From the NCBI RefSeq assembly GCF_006345805.1, contig NC_043019.1, positions 3,906,001 through 3,970,000 of the forward strand: a stretch of 64,000 bases of DNA, written 5' to 3'. The stretch is from Octopus sinensis. Taxonomy: Eukaryota. Positions 13,931 through 26,723 of the stretch are shown in pieces; positions within the stretch are counted from its first letter, which is position 1; each line of letters begins with the position of its first letter. The position numbers were made by a program, and so were the translations under genes. The notes under the pieces were generated by a model. It was given only the letters and a program-made list of their open reading frames with translations, did no database searches and was not told the origin of the DNA.

Positions 13931-14447
13931 ACTAGCAGTATCGCCCGGCGTTGCTCGGGTTTGTAAGGGAAATAACTATATAAGCATTTTTAGAGAGTTA
14001 CTTCCCTTATAGATGCCAATTCGGGCTTTCTTAGCCATTTCTGTTTTGGTGTCTTCAAGCCATGAAGTCGTTGTTCTAAAAGAACGTTGGTCTCCTTGAC
14101 AACGCTTTACGACGTTGATTTCCTTACACTCCCTTCCCCACAGCTTCACGAGGGAGGGAAGAAGGGGGAGAAGCAAACATAGGTGCAGGTGTTTGAGCGT
14201 GGACGCCAACTCCGCCGCCATCGACACACAAAAAATTATGCATTAAAATGGAATAAAAAATGATGTTAAATAATTTTTAAAATCGTAGACTCATCGTAGA
14301 CGCGCGCTAATAGCCAGACGGGCTCGATATTAATCACGACTATAAGATACCCGAATTTGGTTAAACTGCACCGCAAAATGTGGGAGGAGTTAGGAATCTA
14401 AATCGAAGGGGACAGACACTCACACAACTACAGTTTTATATATATAG

Positions 14448-14449
<2 letters not shown>
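13931..14449 (+). mobile_element. Non-autonomous Helitron/Helentron-like element; second copy 14979-15373, minus-strand 3' fragment 11836-11974
   Basis: Starts ACTAG with hairpin CCCGGCGTTGCTCGGG; ends acagac...ttttatatatatAGAT; inserted in TA runs. Family assignment is by end resemblance only. Confidence 0.6.
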
Positions 14450-14479
<30 letters not shown>

Positions 14480-14978
14480 ATACATAGATGTATGTGTGTG
14501 TATATATATATATGTTGATAGATAGATGTATATATATATATACATCTATGTGTGTTTGTGTGTGTGTGAGTGTTGTGTATAGGTTTTATTTAAAGTGACC
14601 TAAAAGTAGGGATTGTATTTGTAAGGTCAAATCGAAAACAGGAAGAAAGGAATAAAGGAAAGAAAAAAAGAAAGAAAGAAAGAAAGGAGAGAGATAATAC
14701 AGAGATGAAGACAGGGAAAGTGTACCAGTTAGTGGTCAGTCAAGATAACTCGACGGTAGGAGTGGGGAAAGATTAGGGTGATATAGAAAGAAAGGTATTA
14801 GTGTCTAAAGAGATTAAAGGGTAAAGAGTAAAGGAAGGTCAGATAGCCGGAATGAGGGGGGGTAATATAGATATACATCTATCTATGTATATATATATAT
14901 CATCATTATTGTTTAAAGTCTGCTTTCCATGTCAGCATAGAAAGCAGCCATTAAACGATGATGATGATGATATATAAT

Positions 14979-15373
14979 ACTAGAAGTATCTCCCGGCGTT
15001 GCTCGGTTTGTAAGGGAAATAACTATATAAGCATTTTAGAGATGTAAAGTATAATAGCCATCTCAATATGGCTAACCAGAAAGGTGGGGTGTTACTGTAG
15101 CTTTTTACGTTTTGAGATTTAATAATAGATTTTTAAAGAGTTACTTCCCTATATTTGCCAAAAATGCATTAAAAATGGGAAAAATTGATGGTAAATTTTT
15201 TTTTAAATCGTAGACTCATCGTAGACGCGCGCTAATACCCAGAAGGGTTCGATATGAATCACGACTATAAGATACCCGGTTTTGGTTAAACTGCACCGCA
15301 AAATGTGGGAGTAGTTAGGAATCTAAATCGTAGGAGACAGACAGCACACAACCTCACTTTTATATATAAAGAT
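14979..15373 (+). mobile_element. Non-autonomous Helitron-like element, copy 2
   Basis: Same termini as 13931-14449, different middle. Confidence 0.6.
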
Positions 15374-15680
15374 ATTGCTCTACCATTGAAAGTTTAGGTA
15401 AACTTTGTCACTCACTCACTCTCATCCCGCAACAAAAATAAAACGCATTAGTTACCCGATTTCGGCGCCAAAAATTGCAAAGGGAAAGTGCTTTAGGTTT
15501 TCAAATCTATTCTGTAATCTTGGATTATGATGTATTATATCCAGTGATTCTAACAGGTATATTTTGTTTTAATATTATACTTTTACTTTTTCACAGACAC
15601 ACACAAACTCTAACGTGATCGTTTTAGATGCATTCTTTACCATTTTTTATCTGTCTACTGACTTCGTTACCACTAACTTC

Positions 15681-16116
15681 AGATCTTTTCGGTTTGACCG
15701 GCAGTTTTTTAAAATAATTTCCACGTAACAAAAATTTTTTAAACTTCGTATACTAGTAGAATGTGTTTATAAAAAATCTTTTTCTCTTGGCTTTATTGAG
15801 AAAATTCTATAGTTTGTAAGATATTTGTTGTTTTTTTTCTTCAATTTCTGCAAATTTTCTTCAATTTCAACCAATCACTGACATCTATTGAGGTAAAAAG
15901 CATTCTGTGCCGTATGAATATGTCCCTCGTTTAAGAAACAGATTGGGTTTATTTACATTTCTGAAGAAAAAAATATACCCTTACCCCCATCCCTAACCCT
16001 GACCCTAACCCTAAAACAGATTGAAATGCAATAGATCGATACTAGGGTCATAATTATGGGTGACAATTTCATATGACACCGCTAGAAAAAACTGCCGTTC
16101 AAACCGAAAACATCCG
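15681..16116. mobile_element. MITE (~437 bp) with CGGATCTTTTCGGTTTGAACGGCAGTTTT-type TIRs
   Basis: Terminal inverted repeats; internal ctaaccctaa repeats; copies at 21281-21718 and 21939-22378. Confidence 0.85.
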
Positions 16117-16394
16117 CAATTTTTAACCAATTTTAGGTCACTGGTAATTAATATCATGGTTAAAACTGTTTGTTAGTTCTACTTTACAAGATACACGTAC
16201 GTGTAACAACAGGATCCAACAGGTTTGTGGTTTATGTTTCTTATCATGCTCACAGTCCCAATGCTTTTCAGTATTTTTTCCAGCAGTCATAGGAGGTATT
16301 TGTGTTGTGCAAGTTAATATATTGAGGTGAAAAGTAGGTGATTTTCCTAGTCAAGTGCTTTTGGAATTTATAATAAATATTCACTGACCAATAG

Positions 16395-16560
16395 GCGCAG
16401 GAGTGGCTGTGTGGTAAGTAGCTTGCTTACCAACCCCATGGTTCCGGGTTCAGTCCCACTGTGTGGCACCTTGGGCAACTATCTTCTACTGTAGCCTCGG
16501 GTCGATCAAAGCCTTGTGAGTGGATTTGGTAGACGGAAACTGAAAGAAGCCCATTGTATA
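16395..16560 (+). mobile_element. CORE-type SINE (also 10205-10377 minus, 17316-17570, 40168-40330, 22585-22652 partial)
   Basis: tRNA-like head gtggctgtgtggtaag...ggttcagtccc, then ggcaccttgggcaag resembling the CORE/MIR domain; ends in (TA)n. Confidence 0.75.
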
Positions 16561-16569
16561 TATGTATAT

Positions 16570-16652
<83 letters not shown>

Positions 16653-16811
16653 CTAGTTATAAACAAGGGCAAAAGAAAATATTTCTGATTCTTTTTCTTT
16701 TTTCTTTTGCCCTTGTTTATAAATTGTTTATAAATTTAACCTTTAAAGGTATTTTTTAATATGTTGGCCATTGATAGAATTTTTTCGAAAAATTTTATCC
16801 TATATTAGATG

Positions 16812-16864
<53 letters not shown>

Positions 16865-17315
16865 TTGTGTGTCTGTGTTTGCACCCTCCCCCAACATCGC
16901 TTGACAACCAATGCTGGTGTGTTTACGTCCCCGTAACTTAGCGGTTCGGTAAAAGAGAACCGATAGAATAAGTACTAGGCTTACAAAGAATAAGTCCTGG
17001 GGTCGATTTGCTCGATCGACTAAAGGCGGTGCTCCAGCATGGCCACAGTCAAATGACTGAAACAAGTAAAAGAGCAAGCTATTGATATGCAGGTGAGGCA
17101 TTTTAAATTGATTTAATTTTCCTGCTGAATGATACCTGAATACTTCTGCTAATCTTGTCATGCTCTGTATTGTAATGATGAATTTATGAATGAATTTTCT
17201 GTCTATTTTCTAACTGTTTGTTGTTTTCTTCTTTCAGATGTCTCACACTTGTGAGAATAAGGCAGAGAACTTATGTTACGTTTGAGGTGAGGTAACCTTT
17301 GCATCACAAAAGCAC

Positions 17316-17567
17316 AGCAGGAGTGGCTGTGTGGTAAGTATCTTGCTTATCAACCACATGGTTCCGGGTTCAGTCCCACCGCGTAGCACCTTGGGCAAGT
17401 GTCTTCTACTATAGCCCCGGGTCGACCAATACCTTGTGAGTGGATTTGGTAGACGGAAACTGAAAGAAGCCCGTCGTATATATGTATATATATATATATA
17501 TACTAGCCCCGGGTCGACCAATACCTTGTGAGTGGATTTGGTAGACGGAAACTGAAAGAAGCCCGTC

Positions 17568-17613
<46 letters not shown>

Positions 17614-17830
17614 CATGTGTGTTTGTGTATCTGTGTTTGTCCCCCTAGCATTGCTTGACAACTGATGCTGGTGTGTTTATGTCCCCGTAACTTAGCGGTT
17701 CGGCAAAAGAGACCGATAGAATAAGTACTGGGCTTACAAAGAATAAGTCCTGGGGTCGAGTTGCTCGATTAAAGGTGGTGCTCCAGCATGACCGCAGTCA
17801 AATGACTGAAACAAGTATAAGAGTAGAGTA
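17316..17830 (+). mobile_element. Composite SINE: CORE-type head (internal duplication) + (TA)n + 3' module also found at 7820-8030, 9440-9640, 16860-17075
   Basis: Shared module ccccgtaacttagcggttcgg...aatgactgaaacaagtaaaagag. Confidence 0.7.
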
Positions 17831-17854
17831 GATATTGCCAAGAGCTTAAAATGT

Positions 17855-18430
17855 GTGTACAGAGGTTCAACATGGCAACAAAGCCACAACTCGGTCCTTC
17901 ATGGACCGGGACGGGTGTAACCTACATGAATCCACGCAGATGTGTATGAAGTTTCAGCGGCACTTTGTCAAACTGTTTGGGGTGCGATGTGTGTCAGGGA
18001 TGGAGGTGGCTTTCACCCCCTACTTCAATGGCATGCCACACCTCTCAGCAAAATGCTGATAACAGCCGAAGACATATGGTCTTTTCAGAGGACTTTGGGG
18101 TTGGGGGCCTATGGATAACTTCCAGAAATTCCAGGCCTGGCAGTGCTACAGGGGAGCCCAGCCAGTTCGAGACAAGCATTACAGACACAGAAGTGCAGTC
18201 AGACCTGTCCGAAATGTCCACAGGGCGATGAAACCGTCCTGCATGCACTTGTCCAGTGTCTGTGCATTACAGACTTGTGGAGCTTTGTCAAACAACTGTT
18301 GTCGCGTGCAGGACAGATCTGGTTATCAGCCGAGTCCATCGTGAAGAACGTATTGTTCAACACCCCACTTGTCCCTTGTATTGTGTCATCCCTATTTATT
18401 TTATGTTCGGCCCTTGTGGCCAATAAAAGA
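17855..18430 (+). mobile_element. L1/Tx1-like non-LTR retrotransposon 3' fragment
   Basis: CPKCPQGDETVLHALVQCLCITDLW (CCHC zf-RVT-like) in ORF 18143..18517. Confidence 0.7.
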
Positions 18431-18589
18431 AAGTATTATTATTATTATTATTATTTTCTTTTCCTTCTTTCTTCAAATTTTCTTCCATTTCTCGCCGGGT
18501 GTTTTCCGTACACCTAGGGCAGAGAAGCTCATTGTATGCATTCCCAGATTACACACGTAATTTCACAGATAAAATATGTAATTTAAAAC

Positions 18590-19195
18590 ATTAATAAATA
18601 AATAAATTTACGAATGGATGTTGTTTTCACAGCGATAATGCTCTTCTCAGTACATGAGTCGTTCCAGTTAATATGATTTTTTGCACTCCCTGAGGGATGG
18701 TAAGCCTAGTATCATTTTCAAATAGGTTTCAGTACCTTTTTTTTAACATTCCTGGAGATCCTACAATCACTGGTACTGTAGTCGCCTTGAGATGCCACAT
18801 TTTCTCAATTTCTATTAGCAAGTCTTTATATTTACTGATCTTGTCAAATTCTTTCGCTGCTATATTGTGATCGCAAGGAATACTCATGTCAATTAATAAA
18901 CACATCCTTTTTGTTTGATATTTTGTAATAATATCCGGTTTATTAGCTTTTATAGTTTTGTCGGTATGTACAGGGAAGTCCCTCAGTTACAGCTTCAGGA
19001 TGGTGTTTATACCATTTGTCAGCGGTTTTGATTTTATAATGCTGACATATTGCCTAGTGTAAATACTGGCCGACTCTGTCATGTCTTGCTTTATATTCTG
19101 CAGGTGCTAAGACTCTACACCCTGAGATTAGGTGGTCTATAATTTCAATCTCATCGTTACAGAATCAGCATTTTGGGTCAGCTCCATTTTTTATC
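18590..19195 (-). mobile_element. R4/Dong-like non-LTR element 3' end (restriction-like endonuclease domain)
   Basis: Hand translation: TDKTIKANKPDII...IDMSIPCDHNIAAKEFDKISKYKDLLIEIEKMW; abuts (TAA)n at 19200-19345. Confidence 0.75.
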
Positions 19196-19198
19196 ACA

Positions 19199-19199
<1 letters not shown>

Positions 19200-19268
<69 letters not shown>

Positions 19269-19279
19269 TATTATTATTA

Positions 19280-19345
<66 letters not shown>
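19200..19345. repeat. (ATT)n tract
   Basis: Read directly. Confidence 0.95.
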
Positions 19346-19347
<2 letters not shown>

Positions 19348-19800
19348 GGTGGCGAGCTGGCAGAACCGTTAGCACGTCTACACCAGGTTAAATGCTTAGT
19401 GGTATTTCGTCTGTTGCTACATTCTGAGTTCAACTTCTGCCGAGGTCGGCTTTGAATTTCATCCTTTCGGGGTCGATAAATTGAGTACCAGTTACGCACT
19501 GGGATCAATGTAATCGACTTAATCCCTCTGTTTGTCCTTGTTTGTCCCCTCTGTGTTTAGCCCCTTGCGGGTAATAAAGAAATAGGTATTTCGTCTGCCG
19601 TTACGTTCTGAGTTCAAAATCCGCCGAGGTCGATTTTGCCTTTCATCCTTTCGATGTCGATAAATTAAGTACCAGTTTTGCACTGGGGTCGATGTAATCG
19701 ACATAATCCCTTTGTCTGTCCTTGTTTGTCCCCTCTGTGTTTAGCCCTTTGTGGGCAGTAAAGAAATAAGAATCGTTAGCACGCCGATCGAAATGCTTAG
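19348..19800 (+). mobile_element. SINE family 1, dimer
   Basis: Tail aaagaaata joined to internal ggtatttcgtc at ~19575-19595. Confidence 0.85.
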
Positions 19801-19966
19801 CGCATATAAATGAGAATGGGCGATCATTCGTTTTGAGACGACACAAAAAAACAAAAAACAAAAAAACACTCTGTTAGTTTCCGTAATCACTTGTTGCCTT
19901 GACAACTGCGTGCTTGTTCTGTTAGACGTGTGACAGTGGAATTTAATGGGTGTACGTACGTGCTTG

Positions 19967-20023
<57 letters not shown>

Positions 20024-20246
20024 TATGTATTTATGTGTGTGGAATGTAGATATAACAAAAACAATGTCGCATTTTAAAGATGGAGAAAAAAAACCTTGCA
20101 CATTTGTTCTTACCTGGTTCAGGTGTGTGTGTAAAAATCTGTAAATTTCCTAGAAGAAAACGAGATTTTACATACGCACATGTAGCATGTAAGAACAAAT
20201 ATACGAGGCTTTTTTTTTCTCCAAGTTTAAAATGCGACCTCCGTCC

Positions 20247-20862
20247 GTGTAGGTTCGTGGCTTAGTGGTTAGAGCAGCGGACTCGCGGTCGAGGGATCGC
20301 GGGTTCGAATCTCAGACCGGGCGATGTGTGTGTTTATGAGCGAAAACATCTAAGCTCCACGCGGCTCCGGCACAAGGTAATGGCGAATCTTCTGCTGACT
20401 CTTTCGCCACAACATTCTCTCACTCTTTCCTCTTGCAGCTCACCTGCGACGGACCGGTGTCCCGTCCAGGTGGGGAACCTATACGCCAAGGAGTCCGGGA
20501 AACCGGCCCTTATGAGCCAAGGGTGGCACGAGAAGGAAGAAACAAACTACTATATTAATGTGTGCGTGTGTGTGTGCGTTGAGGCACATGGCCTAGTGTT
20601 TAGAGCAACGGACTCGTGGTCGAGGGATCGCGGGTTCGAATCTCAGACCGGGCGATGTGTGTGTTTATGAGCGAAAACACCTAAACTCACGCGGCTCCGG
20701 CAGAAGGTAATGGCGAAACTTCTGCTGATTCTCACTCTTTCCTCCAGCATCTTGCAGCTCACCTGCGACGGACCGGCGTCCCGTCCAGGTGGGGAACCTA
20801 TAGGCCAAGGAAACCGGGAAACCGGTCCTTATGAGCCAGGGGTGGCTCGAGAAGGAACAAAC
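20247..20862 (+). mobile_element. Two tandem tRNA-derived SINEs (20247-20545, 20580-20862); related copies 33125-33305 (minus) and 58316-58700
   Basis: Box A tggcttagtgg and box B ggttcgaatc; conserved body cagctcacctgcgacggacc...gagaagga. Confidence 0.8.
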
Positions 20863-21280
20863 ATTCCGTACACATAGATAAATAAAAACAGAAAAAGCAT
20901 GCACACACTCACACACGTACACTCAATAGCTTCTTCCAAGCGTCCATCGGAAACTAACGGATATTCGTTTTTATTGCGTACTCAAAATGAAAGATCGCCT
21001 AAGAATGTATGAGTGAGAGACGAGTGTGTGAGTCTGTGTGTGTGTGTGTGTACGTGTGTGTGTGTACGTGTGTGTGTGTATGCGGCCTGTACGGCAAAAT
21101 CTGACAAGCTGACTCACGGACATGTTACATCCTGGCTGCGACAAGTCGAATTTAATTTCAACCAATCAGCAAGAATCTCGTTACTCGGTCGCTCGACCTG
21201 CTAGAAATAGCAGCCAAATCTTCCTCGGATCACACCCTCGGGTAAAGAAGGGTGCGTTAAAACGGAATCACTCTAGATAG

Positions 21281-21718
21281 CGGATCTTTTCGGTTTGAAC
21301 GGCAGTTTTTTAAAATAATTTCCACGTAACTAAACACTTTTAAACTTCGTATACTGGTAGAATGTGTTTATAAAACATCTTTTTCTCTTGGCTTTATTGA
21401 GAAAATTCTATAGTTTGTAAGATATTTGTTGTTTTTTTTCTTCAATTTCTGCAATTTCAACCAATCAATGACGTCTATTGAGGTAAAAGAAACATTCTGT
21501 GCCGTATGAATATGTCCCTCGTTTAAGAAACAGATTGGGTTTATTTACATTTGTGAAGAAAAAAAGATACCCTTCCCCCCACCCCTAACCCTAATCCTAA
21601 CTAACCCTAATCCTAAAACAGATTGAATTGCAATAGATCGATACTAGGATCATAATTATGGGTGACAATTTCATATGACACCGCTAGAAAAAACTGCCCT
21701 TCAAACCGAAAAGATCCC
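21281..21718. mobile_element. MITE, same family as 15681
   Basis: TIRs and near-identical interior. Confidence 0.88.
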
Positions 21719-21938
21719 AGAATCACTCTAGATGGCCCTTAACCAAGACACCTCCGTATCCCTGACCCACCTCTACATACTCCTATCATAAAACCTAGTC
21801 ACATACACACGTAGTTTACTATTCCCACTGTGTCAACAAACAATCGCCTACAACAAACATACCAGTCGATCACAGCCAATTATTCTCTTTGATACACTCC
21901 CCGGTGTATTATTGTCTCAAGAGCATATTCTGCATAAT

Positions 21939-22378
21939 TGGATCTTTTCCTTTTGAACGGCAGTTTTCAACACAATTTCTAGTTAACTAAACACTTTAAA
22001 ACTTCGTATACTGGTAGAATGTGTCAAAATAAAACATTTTTTTCTCTTGGCTTTCTTGAGAAAATTGTAATTTGTTTGTTTAACGTAGTTTAATTTAACA
22101 ATTAAGAAAAAAAAATAGGGTTAGGGTTAGGTTGAGGGTTAGTGACAGGATGTTGTCTCAGTTTTAGACGCAGCAAATGATTTTAGTTCAATCGATTGGT
22201 TAAAATTGCCGAAATGCTCGGATTTTCAGACGAAATATCTTACAAACTATAGAATTTTCTCAATAAAGCCAAGAGAAAAAGATGTTGTATAAACACATTC
22301 TACCAGTATACGAAGTATAACATTTTTTAGTTACCTAGAAATTATGTTTCAAACTGCCGTTCAAAAGGAAAAGATCCG
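21939..22378. mobile_element. MITE, diverged subfamily, opposite orientation
   Basis: TIR ggatcttttccttttgaacggcagtttt; interior reversed. Confidence 0.82.
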
Positions 22379-22708
22379 TATAATTTGTTTAGTGAATGTA
22401 GACGTGTTTGGTTCTTCTGTCGGTCAGAGCGAAACAGAACGGGGTGTTTGTATGGAAGGATAGTCGGGTTATAATTACGTTAGGTGTGAAACTGACGAAG
22501 AAAAACAGCATGAAACTGCCAGTCTCCGAGATTAGTTAAAATTTCTATATCCTGATATAAATATTAATCTTTACACGGGATTCACATGGTTCCGTGTTCA
22601 GTCCCACTGCGTGGCACCTTGGGCAAGTGTCTTCTACTATAGCCCCAGGCTGACCGTGAGACAAATACTCTTTGCCCTTAAGTCACGTGCCTTCAAAATC
22701 TATATATA

Positions 22709-23340
22709 TGTAGCGGGTATGATTCTTGGCCACAACTTCTGGTCTGATCTGAGGGTAGCCCTTAAAAGGACTGTTATCGCAATTAGATCCGATCCAAGAA
22801 TAGTCCTAAAAAGAACTGTTATCGTAATTAGATCGGATCTGAGAGTAGTCCTAAAAAGCACTGTTATCGTAATTAGATCGGATCTGAGAGTAGTCCTAAA
22901 AAGGACTGTTATCGCATTCAGATCAGGCTTGAATTAGCCCTGAGAAGGACTGTGGTCGTAATCAGCAAAACAGGACAGACGAAAGCAGTAGTTGAAATGA
23001 CGAGCAGACAAGAGGTGTAAGTTTATACAGCGATTTATTTCAGGCGTGAAATAGCAGTACAAATGTTCGAGGTGGCGTGAGTGGCGAGCGTGGCAGGCGA
23101 GAGGGACACAATTTACATCAGTCGAGTGCCAAAAATCCAACTACCTTTACAGCGATTTATCATGTCTATTTATACAAAAATATCAGCAGTGATGTTTAGC
23201 CAGTGTCCAATAGAATGGCAGGTAGGTAGCTTTTGTCCAATGAAAGGTCAGGCAAGTCGCTAGAGGTAGTTGCTTTGTTTTCTCTGGTGATGGCAGATGT
23301 ATTTCCGGTGTCCGTGCAAGTTACTTCCGGTGACTGTACA
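22709..23340 (-). repeat. Gypsy 3' LTR (632 bp; 4 copies of a 45-bp unit); TATA-like 23168-23174 and AATAAA 23034-23039 on minus strand
   Basis: TG...CA ends; purine tract GGCAGGGGG lies just upstream on the minus strand. Confidence 0.92.
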
Positions 23341-23799
23341 TAGCCCCCTGCCAGATCTTTTGTACAACAAAAGAGCGACAAATCGTACAGTGATGAGTCA
23401 GAGAAAAGAAAAATATATATATATAAACAGATAAAAATGAACTACAAAATGATGAATGAGCCTGTTGGATTTGGGTTGATCTGCCTGTGGATTGCGTGAC
23501 AAAAAGTCCCACGGGCAGAGAAACTACCGGCAATAAATAATGTTTTTCGTGACAACGACAACATGAGCACATGGTCACTAAATGATGCAGGAAAGATTAG
23601 AAACAAGCAATATAGGAATGTTTCGCAAGAAGCATGTTTGTGAAAACTCGGTTTTAATGATATTTCACGTATTGTGCCAACTTGGCGGGCCAATGGACAC
23701 GTCGTCCACTTCTTGTGACAGGAGATGAAACAGGCGGTTTGCTGGGAATGCAAGCTGCTGGTGTCTCTGGCGTAGAAACCGTAATCCTGTCCATGATGG

Positions 23800-24950
23800 C
23801 TTTTTTTTAATCTGTCCACACTGACAGAATTCTGCTTACCATTTTGATCGATGACAAAATATTTTGTTTGTGTTTCTAGGACACGGTAAGGGCCAGAATA
23901 TGGAGGTTGAATATTAGTGAAGATGGTGTCATTTCTAACAAAAACGTGCGTCCATTCGCTAATGTCTGCAGGAGAGATGGGAGCAACCATCTGACCAGGT
24001 AGAACCAGGGTGGTGCCGTACACTAATCCTGCAGGTGTGTCCGAATTGTTCCTTAACGGTGGAACCGATGCCAAGAAGGATGAGTGGCAGGTATTCAAAC
24101 CAGTGGGTCTTGTCTGGGTACACCTTTATTGCAGCTTTCAATTGACGATGGAATCTTTCCACAAGACCATTAGCTTGCGGGTGATAAGCTGTTGTGCGGA
24201 TGTGTTTACATCCTAACAGACGAGTCAGTTCCCTGAAGAGATGGGAATCAACTTGGCGTCCTCTGTCCGTTGTTATATTCGCTGGGGAGTCATAACGTGA
24301 TACCCAGTGTAAAACCAAAGTTTTAGCCACCGTTTCCGCTGAGGTATCACTTATAGGAAGAGCCTCAGGCCAACGGGGAAAACGATCAATGCAGGTGAGC
24401 AAGTGAATGCAGTTCTGTGATGATGGTAAAGGTACGACGATGTCGATATGCACATGCTGAAAACGTGCATCAGGTTGCGCGAATGTGCCCAGTGGCGTTT
24501 TGATGTGTCTGTGGACTTTGGCTTTCTGGCAGGCAATGCAGCTCCTGGACCAGTCGCGCACGTCCTTGTTAACGTTGGTCCACACAAAACGAGCGGAAAT
24601 GAGTTTCTGTGTAGCCCGGATTCCCGGGTGAGACAAACAGTGTAACGCAGAAAAAACTTGTTGTCGATGCATCTGGGGTACGTACGGTCGTTCATGACCA
24701 GTAGAAATGTCGCACCAAATTTGTCCGGAGAAGAAGAAGGAATGGGAACTTGCTGAAACTTGAGGGATGGCGAATCTCGGAGTTTGATAAACTCTTCGTC
24801 AGTCTCTTGGTCAGCTGCAATTTGATGAAGGTCGATGCCTGAATCCACATGTATTGCGTTCAGCGGGATTCGGGACAGAGCGTCAGCTGCTACGTTGTCT
24901 GATCCCTTGATATGCCGAATATCGGTTGAATATTGGGAGACAAAGTCCAA
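23800..24950 (-). CDS. pol: Gypsy Pol: linker + integrase (HHCC, DDE), split by frameshifts
   Basis: [63 protein letters not shown] in ORFs 24351..24950, 23959..24672 and 23442..24098. Confidence 0.9.
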
Positions 24951-24983
24951 GTGGCGAAGTTCTCTCGGTGAATGTCGATCCGG

Positions 24984-25439
24984 TTAGGTACGGAACGCAT
25001 AAAGTAGTGGTTTAGGGTCCGTGTAGATCAGGAAATCCGATCCTTCGAGCATGTGACGAAAATGCTTCACTGAAAGGTAGGTTGCCAAGAGTTCACGGCC
25101 GAACGCACTATATTTGGTTTCAGTGGGTTGCAACCGCTTAGAAAAGAAGGATAAGGGTTGCCAAACGCCGTCGACATATTGTTGCAAAACGCCTCCAACC
25201 CCCATGTCTGATGCGTCCACTAGCAGCGAAAGAGGAGCGCCAGACCTGGGGAAAACGAGCATGGAAGCGCTTGCCAGCATTTCTTTCAGACCGTTGAAAG
25301 ATGTTAATTCTTCCTCGTTCGAAGTTATGTCTTCATTTTTCCGAGTCCGGTTGCGACGAAGGTCCGTGAGGAGTCGGGCTGCGTCAGCACAATGAGGGAT
25401 AAAACGCCTATGAAAAATTAACCAAACCGAGGAATTCAC
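24984..25439 (-). CDS. pol: Gypsy Pol: RNase H segment (split by frameshift)
   Basis: LLVDASDMGVGGVLQQ, YSAFGRELLA, IYTDPKPL. Confidence 0.9.
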   Translation of the reverse strand: MNSSVWLIFHRRFIPHCADAARLLTDLRRNRTRKNEDITSNEEELTSFNGLKEMLASASMLVFPRSGAPLSLLVDASDMGVGGVLQQYVDGVWQPLSFFSKRLQPTETKYSAFGRELLATYLSVKHFRHMLEGSDFLIYTDPKPLLYAFRT

Positions 25440-25523
25440 GTAGTTTCCGAAGTGATGTAGGTGCTGGAAAATTGCGGATAGCGTCTACTTTCTCAGGAAG
25501 TGGACGAATGCCGTCTTTATCAA

Positions 25524-26723
25524 TTATGTGCCCCCGAGAAAGGAGAGTGAAGGAACGCCGAGAACGCACTTGCTTGGGTTGATGATGATGATGCCGTTCT
25601 CGGCCAAACGTTGGAACAGAAGATCCAAGTGCTTCTCGTGTTCTTGCTGAGAAGTACTTGCTACTAGTACATCGTCGATATACGCGTACACAAAAGGTAG
25701 GTCACGTAATACGGTGTCAATGAACCGTTGAAAGGTTTGTGAAGCGTTGCGCAGACCGAACGGCATTCGCAGGAATTCGAATAAACCGAACGGTGTTGTG
25801 ATTGCCGTCTTTGGAATATCAGCAGGCTCCACAGGTATCTGGTTATATGCCCGCACCAAATCTATCTTAGAAAAGATGCGTGCGCCTTGCAGAGAGGCAG
25901 AAAAATCGTGCAAGTGAGGTACAGGGTAATTATCGGGCACTGTGGTATTGTTGAGTGCACGATAATCCCCACATGGTCGCCAGTCGTTCTCCGTTTTTTG
26001 GGGAACATGGTGTAGAGGTGCAGACCAGTTGCTGGAGGAAGGGCGAATGATTCCAAGGTCCAGCATGTGCTGAAATTCCTGTTTGGCGATTCGCAATCGG
26101 TCTGGAGGCAGTCTCCTTGGTCGGGCAGCTGTGGGTGGTCCTCGTGTCTCGATGTGATGTGTGACACGATGTTTAATGGGTCCATCTCTACATACCGGGC
26201 GAGTGATGTCTGGATATTTCTGGAGAATGCTGTTGTAACGCGAAGGCTCTGACTGACAGATTACAGGGCTCACTGTCGGTTGCGTGGTAAATATACCTCT
26301 CACAGTGAGGTTTGTGGTGGTGTCAATAAGCCTCCGGTTCTTCATGTCCACCAGAAGGTTGAAGTGGTGGAGAAAATCGGCTCCTAAGATAGGGGTCGGT
26401 AGGTCTGCCACGACGAAAATGAACTGGAAACGACGCCTCAGGCCTAGATTCAGGGTCAGTGATTTCTCACCGAAAGTCGGAATTGACGATCGGTTCACTG
26501 CCCGCAGAAAGGACGGTGTTGGATGTCGTTTGCCCGAGACTAGTGATACAGGAATAACACTCACCTGGGCTCCTGTATCCACGAGATAGCAGATGCCCGT
26601 CGCTTGGTCGTTAATAAAAAACAGACGATTTTTTTTCTCAGTACCACGGGTGAACGTCGTCGCTAGGCCCTGGCCTGCCCGTTTCCCTGGGTGGTATTCA
26701 GGAAAGAGCACGGGGCCTTGCAC
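25524..26723 (-). CDS. pol: Gypsy Pol: aspartic protease (LVDTGA) + reverse transcriptase (YIDD)
   Basis: 399-aa ORF with [27 protein letters not shown] and YIDD motifs. Confidence 0.93.
   Translation of the reverse strand: MQGPVLFPEYHPGKRAGQGLATTFTRGTEKKNRLFFINDQATGICYLVDTGAQVSVIPVSLVSGKRHPTPSFLRAVNRSSIPTFGEKSLTLNLGLRRRFQFIFVVADLPTPILGADFLHHFNLLVDMKNRRLIDTTTNLTVRGIFTTQPTVSPVICQSEPSRYNSILQKYPDITRPVCRDGPIKHRVTHHIETRGPPTAARPRRLPPDRLRIAKQEFQHMLDLGIIRPSSSNWSAPLHHVPQKTENDWRPCGDYRALNNTTVPDNYPVPHLHDFSASLQGARIFSKIDLVRAYNQIPVEPADIPKTAITTPFGLFEFLRMPFGLRNASQTFQRFIDTVLRDLPFVYAYIDDVLVASTSQQEHEKHLDLLFQRLAENGIIIINPSKCVLGVPSLSFLGGT

Noticed and set aside
15990-16012. Telomere-like (CCCTAA)n (also 21585-21615, 22105-22140)
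   Set aside because: Only 2-4 imperfect units, inside the MITE; not an interstitial telomere.
20247-20320. tRNA genes
   Set aside because: Boxes A and B are present but there is no full cloverleaf and the sequence runs into SINE bodies.
22611-22937. LTR ORFs with 15-aa repeats (SDLRVVLKRTVIVIR), also 27543-27767
   Set aside because: A by-product of the 45-bp LTR repeat, antisense to the element, starting outside the LTR.
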